Below the pieces are notes generated by a model, which made no database searches, was not told the origin of the DNA, and saw only the letters and a program-made list of their open reading frames with translations. 64,000 nucleotides of DNA from Schmidtea polychroa (Eukaryota): NCBI GenBank assembly GCA_044892525.1, contig CM097886.1:77996001-78060000 (forward strand), read 5' to 3'. Of the stretch, positions 13,401-24,715 are shown one piece after another (position 1 is the first letter of the stretch; each line of letters starts with the position of its first letter). The position numbers were made by a program, and so were the translations under genes.

Positions 13401-16400
13401 GTTTTTCCACCTGCCCACGGGATAAAGGTCATTCACTCAGAAACTCAATACCGATTGCCTGCCAATAGTCGTACTCCACACGATTTTTCTCACGTCATGA
13501 CACCCATGATCTGCATCATGTTGGAGATGTGCCATGGCGGCGAAATATAGTGAAGCAGATGAGCCCCTGCATTAGGACTACTCCTTCACCATATTCCGAC
13601 TTATCCATTTCTGTCGGCCGATAGAAGGTCATACGTCTCGTCTCATTTCATTTAAGCCCTTATGAAAAACCAATCTTCCTTTCTATTAAGAATCTCTATA
13701 TTTTGCCTATTATCGAAAATGCATTACATAAAGATTTACCAACTCAAATAGGGAGGAGAATTAGTAATTTTATTTTACATGAACATGCATACATGATAGA
13801 TCTAGTTAAATGATGACACACAGATTTAGCATCTAGTAGAGATGGAAAGATAGAAAAATATGATTTACACAGTTTAGTAATTCGACTCAATGATGAGTCA
13901 ATTTACAAAGTAGTTGATGTAACTTCGGCAAAAGATTCCTCAAGATTAAAGAAATCCACCACATTATCCTCCCATGTGGTACTCGAGGGCGGTACGACTC
14001 GAAATTGGTGAGCCGGAGGAACAGAAGCCACTTTCTGAGCTTGTAACGGGGTCTGGACATTATCGGTAATTAACTTGGCTTCTCGTTCTGCCTGTAGTAC
14101 CTTCATTTGTTATATTTGTCGAAGTACTCAAAAATTGGAATAGATGCTCATGACGCTGAAATAAAGCTAGACGATAAAGTGGATGGTTGATTGATTTCCT
14201 ATGAAAAAACAATGGGTGTCATGTCCCGATGGTGATGAACGACATATGATTTTGGAACGCCTTAGTCATTGCGATTTGGTCTTCGCTGTGTGCACTATCT
14301 CTGATCAAAATACTTTCAAACTTCCATTTTAGACTTCAAGATGATTTTCCGATGGTGAGAGACTGGTAGGGAAATTTCAACTCTACAGCCTTATCAACTC
14401 CGTGGTTGTTTACAGGTAGTCAAACATCTTACCTTTTCGTGCTGTTTCCAGCGTAACTCAGAATACAGTGATAATTCTACCAATTGATAGCCGATGAGTA
14501 ATCATCGTTGATAATGTATCAACTGGGTGAGTACTCGCAAAAGGTGAGCGCGTTATCGTACTATAATTGCCGGGTACTCTTTGGGTCCACGGACTATCTA
14601 TAGAAGTTATACGTCCAATTTCACTCTGGTCCCTTAACTCTATTGTTTCCCCAAATTTCAAAACTCTTCTTCTTATCAAAGTACTACAATTTTATTTACA
14701 AGTTCATCATTTGTTCATTTATTAATCACAAAGCGGTTTGAGTTACGACGATCCTGATTCGACTAAAGGACCTTGTTAAGGCAGCCGCAGTTGTTTTAAC
14801 CGCTCTCTTCCGTCTTGCCCTAGCCGTTTGCGCTTGGTCTTGATGGTTTTGGCTCAGTGGATTTCGGCCAGCTCCGTAGACATTGGTCGGATGGCTGCCG
14901 TAACATGTTCATCTACGGTTTTCTTATTCAGGGTGTCTCCATTGCACGCATTTGCAACCTCAGGGCGTGGATTTCGGTTTTGTCCTGAGTGTTTTGGAGT
15001 TGCAATTGTTCGATTTGTTTCATACGTTTGTGCATGACTTCGGGACTAAACCAAGTCCGTTCCATCTCTCTGCATCGCTCTTTGAACTTAGCAATACTGA
15101 CTTGAAGATTCTCGACTTGTCGTTAGGCTTGTTCCCTGTCTTTCCTGGGGTTCTCGAATAGCTTGTACACTAAATAACAACCACAATTAAAAGGATTTCT
15201 TATGTATTATTCTCCACTTCCGTTTGAGGCATTATCAAACTCAGATCTCTACGGATACTCGATGAATATTAAGCCCTTGCGCCAAATCTCTGTATTTAAG
15301 CTTCAAAAAGTTTAATCGGATGCGATGATTTATGACAATATTGTTTATTAATAATAAAGGTATTACAAACTATGAGATCACTATATTATAATTAGGAATA
15401 TAATTCACAAATTATTCATCAGGCACACAGATAAGAGTGTAAATTCACAAATTATCGTTATCATTATTGTCATCACAAAATTATTAGCTTGATTTTTAAC
15501 TTCGTGGAGTCGTCTAGCACTTTTATTTTCTAGGTGGTCAATTTTAATTATAACTTATAAGTTAACTGCAATATATCAAAATCGAAGATCAATCAATTCG
15601 ATTTTAACCCCTCTTACTAAATGAAAAAATAAAAATATAAAATCGATCATTAATATTATATTAATAGTTGTATTATAATAATATGACAATAGACAACATA
15701 TCATGGTAACTTTCCAATAAAATCGATAGTTATAATTTCGACAAAAGAAAATTTGGCATAAAGAGTGTTTTTGTGACTAGAATGCATCGGTATATATACC
15801 TATTTTTGCGTATGCAATTACACGTGTGCGCGTTGATGCATTAAAACAAACTCGAACTCTTTTTATTCTAGAATTTTCTATTTTCGATTATTTTCATGGC
15901 AATTTTAGTGCGGTAATTTTTATTTTAAAATTTTTATTTTTTAATTATTTTCTGTTAATGTTGCCTCCATGATAAATTTGGACAATTCCAGAACATTCCA
16001 TATTAAATTAAAGTTAATTTTTATTTTAATATTGTTTTTTCTAAATTCTTTTTTCAAATTTTTATTTTTAAAACTAATTTATTTATTTTTATTAACTTTT
16101 GTTGATTTACATGGCTTTTATGATGGATGTCGCCATTTTAATTAATTGTTCTGGAATTTCATCTAGAATTTAGTATTTTACTGTCTTCCGATGTCATTCG
16201 AGTCTGTTTTTGTAATTTTTTATGTTTTTGTTATGTTTGAGTTAATTTTCTTGCAATACTTCTTGCATTTGTGAGATTTTATATAATTTCAGTGTTTTTA
16301 TTTTCTGTTGTATTTCTCTTAATTAATATTATTTATTTGGTATTTTTATCTTTGTATTTAGCTAAACTTATTGTTAGCTATGCATGCTATTACCAACACA

Positions 16401-18327
16401 TTTTGTCACATTAATAAGGTTTTGGGTCTAGAAATCAGTTCTAGCCCAATATCCGCATGATACTGAAACTCCTTCCGACCTACTCGTAAGAGAAACCATA
16501 AATGTCCCTCATGCTGTGGCCTACTGGGTGCCAGTCTAACACTTTTAAAAAAACGCATAATGTCATATATAATAAAATGTCTTTATAACTTGTTTCATGC
16601 AGTATAATTTATTATGAAAAAGGTAATTATCATTATTCATTTAATTTAAATATAGGGTGTTCGATAAAATATTCGTTACGATTTACTTGTGAAAAGAGAA
16701 AGCCGAGCATTACGTTTACAAAGCTTTTAATTAAAGAAATATATTACAATTATTTGGACCAATCAGAACAAAATAGCTGTATTTTATTTTTAAATATATA
16801 TATTATTGTTGGATTTGTTGTCTTTATCGGTTTATTTTTTATTATTTTATAATTTTTTCCTTATTCTTATTTAATTGGTAGTTTTGGTTCTTTAATGCTT
16901 TTTATTGGTATTCTTTGTCATTGATTATTTTTTTCAATTTTATTTAAATTTTATGTTTCATTTTTCTTACATTTTGTTTTCCAAATGTAATTTTCTCATT
17001 TTTACGTTATTCCTATTTTTAATATTTTTGATTGCTTCCTACTGTTATCTCCTTTTATTTACTTATACTATCATTTCGGCTATTTTATTCTATTTCCTAT
17101 TCTTAGCCCAACACAGTTAAAATACAAAACGACTTAATTTTTCGTCAGAAATTTAACATAGTAAACAACCTCGTTAAAAATTCGCAATGACATATTCTAA
17201 TGGACTAAATAATTCGTTTTCACAAAATGATGTCTGAAACAGCTATAGTCAAGAACATTTATCATTAAAAAGTTCGAATCAGTAAGATATATAGGACAAT
17301 TTAAATTAGGATTTCGTCAACAACACCGATCATCGTTAAACTCTATTAACTATCGTCAATCATCATAGTTCTTCATAGATTATTGTAATAAGTCGTAAAA
17401 TCTCGTAAGCCTCATAATTCTAGACTAAGGTTGAACTGAATCCACAGATTTTTGGAAACAACACCACTAAATTCTATAAGATAGGCATCATTACACACCA
17501 CTACACTCATAAATAAAACCGATTTCTCCATAGGTCACAAAATAAACACAGAGATTCGAGACCATATAATTCGAGATACATCTGGATGACGACGAAGGTA
17601 ATGATGGTTCGACGATTATAAGATGAAAGAAGTCCAGAAGCCAACCATATTCAATATAGTATCCGATGGCTGGTTCCGATGAAAACTGTTAAACCGCTCA
17701 TGAACGACACATTGATGCCATGAAATTCAATTGATTCTAAATCAAATTGAAAACGACGATGAAAATTACTGTGTTCCGCTGAGCGGGTAAAAGAATTGAA
17801 CGACATAAGCAATCCACATCCTTTCCTGTGGAAAGAGAAGATTCTCGAAAATTCGAGATGAATAATACCGCATGGAATGAACACCGTCATGGTTAGACAC
17901 ACTCTACTAACAGACAGGCACACACCCATATCAGGACAATATATTAGCCGCGAGTCAGTTCACGAATTGTCATTTTACTGAAACTCAAATTTCAAACGCG
18001 CCGAATTAAGTATATGCTAGAGCGAGTTAAGATGGTAAATGATTTAATGAACATATTTAATTGTCGAACTTGTATATGATTTCATGACGGAAAATGGAGG
18101 ACTAAAGTGAAATGAGACACTCCCTAAGCACCAACAGGTAGATTCTGTGAAAATAACGTTGTTCAACAACAAAGTTTAACATCCCTAATCACACAGTCAC
18201 ACATTTCAATTGTTTAAATATTAATGTATTGTCATTAGTGGATCGGAATTAAAATTACAAACGAATCAACGCTAAGAATTTAAGTCATTTAATTAATAAC
18301 ATAATATAAATTAAATATATACATATT

Positions 18328-18795
18328 TCAAATATTAAAACTTTCACCACATCCACATGTTCCTTTAATATTAGGATTATAAAAAATAAATTCACTGTTT
18401 ATCTTTCCTTCATGATAATCCATTTCCGTACCTAGAAGAGTTAACTGAGCTTTAGCAGCGATAAAAACTTTAATTCCATCTTGCACCACTTCTTCGTCAT
18501 TCGGTATTTTGTTCATACAATAATCCAGAGTATATGATAATCCATTACAACCTCGCGTTTTTACTCCAATACGAACACCGATAGCATTTTGATTCTTTAA
18601 TAATAAATATTTAATTCTCTCAACCGCAACAGGAGTCAATAGCAAAGGAGTCTTAGTAGATATTGGAATTCTACTCTTTGCAGTTTTAATACTGCCAGAA
18701 ATAGTAGAAAACAAATTTTTGCAATCCTTTAATAAAACAGGTTGAGATGTCAAGATAAAATATATTTGATGATAACTTTTCTGAATATAATTCAT
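18328..18795 (-). CDS. ISCA1: Iron-sulfur cluster assembly 1 homolog, mitochondrial (A-type carrier), single exon
   Basis: GVRIGVKTRGCNGLSYTLDY, DEEVVQDGIKVFI, KAQLTLLGTEMDY and C-terminal GTCGCGESF motif; N-terminal extension compatible with a mitochondrial targeting peptide. Confidence 0.96.
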   Translation of the reverse strand: MNYIQKSYHQIYFILTSQPVLLKDCKNLFSTISGSIKTAKSRIPISTKTPLLLTPVAVERIKYLLLKNQNAIGVRIGVKTRGCNGLSYTLDYCMNKIPNDEEVVQDGIKVFIAAKAQLTLLGTEMDYHEGKINSEFIFYNPNIKGTCGCGESFNI

Positions 18796-19337
18796 CGTGA
18801 AATAAAGAAAAACAAATTAATTAATAAATCTAATTGTATAACAATTATAAATTCAAACTTCTAATAACTCTTAGAAGTAACTAGTTAAAACTGTAATATT
18901 TAAAATTTATCTAAAAAATTAAGTTACCTTTCCATATAGATTATTTATTACTATATAGATTTAAAAAAGTTAATATACAAAAAATTAATATTTTTCAACC
19001 TAAATTTTTATTAGATATTGAGTAAATTTAGTATAATTTTATCTTGTAAAATAAACAAATAAATATTGTGTTTATACAGATTTGACCTGAATAACATTAT
19101 ATTTCAATAAAAATTTAAATCGATTTTGGTTGAATTAAACAAAATTTTAATGTTATTACTAATTATATTTTCTTTGTAAGTTGCAAACTTTTATAACAGT
19201 AAAATCCATCTTTAAATCCATCTTTAAATTTCTCAGCAAAAATCTTGAAACCAACAATATATATTTAATCAAAAGGATTTATAAATAATAAGTTTTTACT
19301 TTTTTTTTTGCTTCCTGATATCTCGGCTTGTTTCAGG

Positions 19338-19564
19338 CAGCGCCGTACTATCGCAAGTGCAACAAGTGCAATCGCACTGGGCCCCCTATTTTTGAGGGGC
19401 CCCAAATATTAAATACATTAGAAAAACTTCTCCAATACGATCGTTTTCAAAATTAAAATTAATTGAAAATTATCTACGGTCTACTATGTCGCAGGAAAGA
19501 CTTTCTGGATTAGCAAATTTTTTTAGTTTCTGCACAGGGCCCCAAAAGTTACAGCATGGCGTTG
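19338..19564. mobile_element. hAT-type MITE, 227 bp
   Basis: Imperfect TIR CAGCGCCGTACT / AGCATGGCGTTG; perfect 8-bp TSD GTTTCAGG (19330-19337, 19565-19572). A related end fragment lies at about 1292-1339 (minus). Confidence 0.9.
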
Positions 19565-20353
19565 GTTTCAGGTTAGAGTGAAGGTTTGTCGACTGCTATT
19601 TATAGTGAACTCTATTCTGGGTAAAAGTTTGTGCCAGTTTCTCTCTTCATAAACCATTTGATTGGTTCTGGTAAGGTGAGCTGAATTCCTGTTTGATTCC
19701 AAGTTTCTGTAGCTTCTGTCTTAGGAAATTCCCTTCTAATTTCGGTCTCTATCTGTTAAAATGCTCTTCCGTTTTCCAAATCTTTTTCCAAGTATTGTTT
19801 TGAAAATTGTCCCTTCGTCTTGCTTTGTGATTTCAGTTAAAGAAATCAGTTTGCTAAAACGGTCCACCATTACTACCCTATATTTTTTATGGCGTTTATT
19901 TCCATGCAAGCCACATCCATAACAATCTGTTCTAGGAATTCAGAACTATATCTAGGAATAAATGTTTCCTTGGTTTTGGTCTGATCGATCTTTCTCTTAG
20001 CGCAGATCTCGCAACATCGCAAACAGAGTTGGATTGTTTCTTGCATTTTCGGCCAATAAAATATCTTTTCCATATAATGAAAAAATTTCTTAACTCCAAT
20101 GTGACATAGTTCTTCATGTAGCGTTGTTGTTAACATGCCTGCAAATGTTTCTGAGACTAACATTAAGATATTTTTGGTCTAACTCCTAACCCTAATCCTC
20201 AATCCTCCATCAATTTGTGTATTGTTTACATTAAAAGGAAAACAATTCTTTTTCTCCCGTGTACATCCATTTTCCAATATCTCTCGCAGCTCTCAAAAAC
20301 GAATGTCCTTTTGTTGTTGTTCCCATACTTTTTCCATAGCTTCTGTTCTTTGG

Positions 20354-20356
<3 letters not shown>

Positions 20357-20441
<85 letters not shown>
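20357..20441. repeat. (TA)n microsatellite of about 42 units inside gypsy pol coding sequence
   Basis: Near-pure AT dinucleotide run with one GT interruption; source of the spurious YIYIYI ORFs. Confidence 0.98.
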
Positions 20442-21688
20442 ATCTTTGATTTTCCTTCCTTAGCTTCTTCATGTCTTGTTTGACACTGGGTGCAAATCAT
20501 ACTTTTCAATCTTGATAGTCCATCTGCATTCAAGTGTTCTTCGCCTTTCCGATATTTTAGTTCAAAATCATATTGCGACAGGTTAGTTAACCATGTTTGG
20601 AACTGCGGACTGATTGGCGTTTTTTAGTGTTCATGAAAATTAATAATTTGTGGTCGGTGCGAATTATGAATTTTTTCACGTACAGATATTCTCTAAAATG
20701 CATGACATATTCATGTACGGCGAGCAGTTCTTTCCTGGTTACACAGTATCTCTTTTCATGTGATGACATATGTCTCGAGCCATAAGCTATGACAGATTCT
20801 TTTTCATCTTCTGTAATTTGACTCAAAACTGCACCAATGGCTCCGAAACTAGCGTCTGTGTCTAAGATAAAAGTCCTATCTTCTCTTGGAAAATCAAGGA
20901 TAGGTGCTTCGCACAACCGTCTCTTCAGAGTTTGAAAGCTCTCATTGCATTCTTTAGTCCAATTTATATCTTTATCGCATCCAGATGTTGCAGCGTATAA
21001 TAGTTCGGCGATTTTGGCATAGTCTTTGATGAATCTTCTATAGTAGTTCGTTAATCCGAGAAACGATCTCAATTGTTTTGAACATGTTGGTACTTCTGCT
21101 TTCTCGATCTCTTCCACTTTCTTCCTGTTTGTCTGGATACCCTTCTCGTTAACTGTGTGACCAAGGAAACACAACACAATTCTGTTTAATGAATTTGCAT
21201 TTTTCTGGATTTATCTTTAGTCCTGCCATTTGAATTCTTCTGAATATTTCCCTTAATAGCTCTTCGTGGTCTTTTTGACTTTTACCATATACCAAGATAT
21301 CATCTAGATAAACCACTACTCCCTTGAATAGCATTCCTTCTAGCACTGTGTGCATCAGTCTCTGGAATATCACAGGGGCTGTTGCTAAGTCAAACGGTAG
21401 TCTATTGAAGCAAAATTGTTCTGCTCTTGTACTGAATGCAGTCATTTCTTGAATTTCTGGAGCCAACTCCACTTGATAATACGCCTGACCTAAATCGATT
21501 GACGAAAATATTTTTGCATTCGTGAGACATTCTAGTAAGAATTTGGTATTTAATTTTGCTTAAACATTTAATACTGAATATAATTAAATTTTTAATTATT
21601 TAACTGAAAAAAATTCATTAAAAATTAAATATATTTAAATAAAAGTTGTTTAAATAATATTTAGATTTGTAATATATATTTTAATATT

Positions 21689-22675
21689 ATGCTTTTTTTA
21701 ATTGGATTAGGACTTGGAGGAATTCGGGATATAACTCTTAGGGGATTTGATGTATTGAAGTCATGTGATAAAATTTATTTGGAAAACTATACTTCCGTTA
21801 TCTTTAATGAGAATGGTGTTGTAATTGATATTGTGGAGGAATTGAGAAAACTCTTAGCAACAAATGCTGAATACGTCTTTGCAGACAGAGAAATTGTTGA
21901 ATCCGGAACTGATATAATACATGATGCTAAAATTGGGTTAAGAACAGCTTTCGTAGTTGTTGGTGATCCGTTGTCAGCAACTACACATACAGGTTTCTAA
22001 AGTTAACTAAAGTAATTTAATTTATTATTTAAGATTTAATTTTAAGAGCTGTTGACAATAATATTGACTATGAAGTTATTCATAATACATCTATAATGAC
22101 AGCAGTAGGAAGTTCTGGATTACAGTTATATAATTTTGGTGAAACCATTTCCGTATCTTTTTGGGATGATTATTTTAAACCCACTAGTTATGTCAGTAAA
22201 ATATGCAAGAATTTAGCTTCTGGATTACACACTCTATGTTTGTTGGATATTAAAGTGATTTAGTTATATAACATATTTTTTAATATAAATTTTATAGGTT
22301 AAAGAACAAAATGTAGAGAACCTCATGAAAGGGAAATTAATTTTTGAACCACCAAGATATATGACTTGTACAAATGCTGCTACTCAAATTTTGAACATAA
22401 TAAGCAGTAACCCAAATAACTTTCTAACAGAAAGTGCGATGTGCATTGGTTTGGCAAGATTAGGTAGCAAATGTCAATCTATATTTGCTGGTTCACTAGT
22501 TGATGTAATGGATTCTTCTGATAAGAAGTTAGGTGGGCCTTTACATAGCTTGATTATTGTTGGAAGGTGCCATCCAATTGAACTGTCATATATCAGTCAT
22601 GCAGCTGGTATAGACAGTGAAACCATAAAGTCCATTTATCGAAATCATGAGGCAATTTTAGATGCAAATGTTTGA
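21689..22675 (+). CDS. DPH5: Diphthine methyl ester synthase; exons 21689-21992, 22034-22254, 22298-22675 (300 aa)
   Basis: MLFLIGLGLG..DITLRG, IYLENYTS, VVGDPLSATTH|DLILRA, IHNTSIMTAVG.SGLQLYNFGETIS, GLHTLCLLDIK|VKEQ, FEPPRYMT, LGGPLHSLII. Two GT-AG introns of 41 and 43 nt restore one 903-nt frame. Confidence 0.96.
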
Positions 22676-23825
22676 TAAGATCTTTATTTTGGCAAAAATA
22701 TGTTATTTGAATAAAATATTAATTTGTATTTATTAAGTTCTAATAAAGTTAAAATTAACCAATAAGAATGAGTTTAGGAATTTTTTGCTATGATTCGATT
22801 GGTTATTTCAATGTTTATTTATTATCAAAAAATGCGAATATTTTAAACATCGATTTATAATTTTACTAAACAATAATTTCACTACATATTCTATACGAGG
22901 GGTCATTGCATGATTACATTACGAGTGCTGCTTCCAGCGTAACCCAGAATACAATTGAACATTCGACCGCTTGGTACCCTCAGGTAATCAACGTTGGTAC
23001 TGTACCAAGGGTTGGAGTGCCAACAAAAGGTGAGCATACTGTAATTGTCTGGCACTCACCTAGTTCCATGGACTGGCGAAATGAGGCCTGTCCGATTTCC
23101 CTTAGTCCCTTCCGTGTTAATTTGTGTTACCAATAATCAGAATACATGCAGGCATACTAGTTAATATAATAATGAACGCTAATTTTATTTGGATCATATA
23201 TTTCATTGTGGAAGTTCATACTGCCCTAGTGGACTCTCCCGGGGTAGTTATTGGTGGTGTCAAGTTGATTGATTATTGGGCTAAGCTGGCTTGACGTAAT
23301 CTGGCTCGGGCAACCTTACCGGGCCGAATCTTTTTCCGAGGGGGAGTAGGAGATGCGGGTACGTTGGGCTTGTTAAGTAGCTCCGACAGAGGTCGAATTC
23401 TGATGATCACGTCTCGATCAATTGTCTGTTGATGGACCTGAGTCTCGAGTTCCCTCACTCTCAGACGGAGAAATTAAAATTAACCAATAAGAATGAGTTT
23501 AGGAATTTCTTGCTATGATTTGATTGGCTATTTCAATGTTTATTTATTCTTATCTTGAGCGCTCTGAAGTTGTAGCTGTGAAATCAGCTTCAGGCATTTT
23601 TGCATTTTCGCCGGCGGAAACCATGTGCTCTCAAAGTTCCGGCAGTGTTCTTTGATCCGCATCAGCTTAGCCCTATATACCTCTGTCTGTTGTTGCGCCT
23701 GTTCATGGTCCTGACGCATATTTTCCAAGAGCTTTAGCACTAAATCAAAGGTATAGTTTAAGGTTGTGTTCTTTCATACACTCGTCAAGTGACTACACCC
23801 TGTCGCCATAATTATCATTATACAG

Positions 23826-24715
23826 CAGGGGTGCCCACTAATTTTTCTAGGAGAGCTACATTCACATCCAAAATGTGTATGCGATCTACTTTTTTAATAC
23901 TTACATAATATTTACCTACAATGCAATAAATTCATCACAATAAAACAAATATATGTCAAAATATGGAAAATTAAACTATATAACTATTTATTATAAAAAA
24001 ATGTAACTTAGGAAGATATCATTTTGAAGTGTGATTATTTCCATTTCAAGTATAGGGATATCCATTTTAAACAAAGTTGAAATTGAATCTGCAACAATTT
24101 CTGGTTTTATTTTTGGATTAAACGGAAAGGACATAAATGCAGCCACAATTTCAAGTTTCTTGAAGTCTTGAAAACGTCTCTCGAACTCTAAAACCAAAAT
24201 TTTGATCTGTTCCGCATATCTCGTAATATTAAAGTTGACATTTTCAGATTCTTTTAATTGTGACAACATATTTGGAAAATAACTTAAATTTTTGTCTTCT
24301 ATTTTGGTAATAAGTAAATGAAGCTTTTGTATAAATGCATTGATTGAACTTATCATATCGAATATCAATTTATCCTTACCTTGTAAGTCGAGATTTAATT
24401 CATTCAGAATTGCAGTAATATCTACTAAAAATGCCAAATCCAAGAGCCAAACATCATCTTCCAATTGCTTGAACTCATCACCTCTTGCGGCAAGGAACAA
24501 CTTAATCTCAGAAAGCAAATCTCTAAATCTTTGTAAGAATTTTCCTCTACTTAGCCACCTTACATCTGAATGCATCAGTAATTCAGCAGGACCTTCGCTA
24601 TTACTTTCTTCAATTTGTAATTTGAAAAGTCGTCTCTGAAGACTTCTTGCACGAATCGAGGTGAAGAGTGACATAATGTTCAGCACATCTGTCAGAGACA
24701 CATATGGACTTTTGG
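23826..24715 (-). mobile_element. hAT Buster/GTF2IRD2-like transposon, 3' fragment
   Basis: ORF 23991-24701 has LLMHSDVRWLSRGKFLQRF, WLLDLAFLVDIT, LNELNLDLQGK, EFERRFQDF; terminal CAGGGGTGCCC at 23826. Confidence 0.88.

Larger units (their letters stand above)
19310..21530 (-). mobile_element. pol: Degraded Ty3/gypsy pol fragment (RT-RH-INT) with MITE and (TA)n insertions
   Basis: RT YFSSIDLGQAYYQVEL...YLDD (21149-21530), RNase H FILDTDASFGAIGAVLSQ...RTDH (20587-21177), INT zinc finger HEELCH...CEIC (19873-20163), degraded INT core SSPYQNQSNG near 19660-19690. Left boundary approximate. Confidence 0.9.

Noticed and set aside
13540-13600. Hammerhead-ribozyme reading of GGCGAAA...CAGATGAG
   Set aside because: The core CUGANGA and the NUH cleavage triplet with supporting stems are not present in either copy.
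16372-17113. LTR-like segment (reverse TGTTGGG start at 17113)
   Set aside because: No matching TSD, PBS, PPT or second copy, so boundaries cannot be supported.
20215-20533. ORFs with YIYIYI runs
   Set aside because: Translation artefacts of the (TA)n microsatellite.
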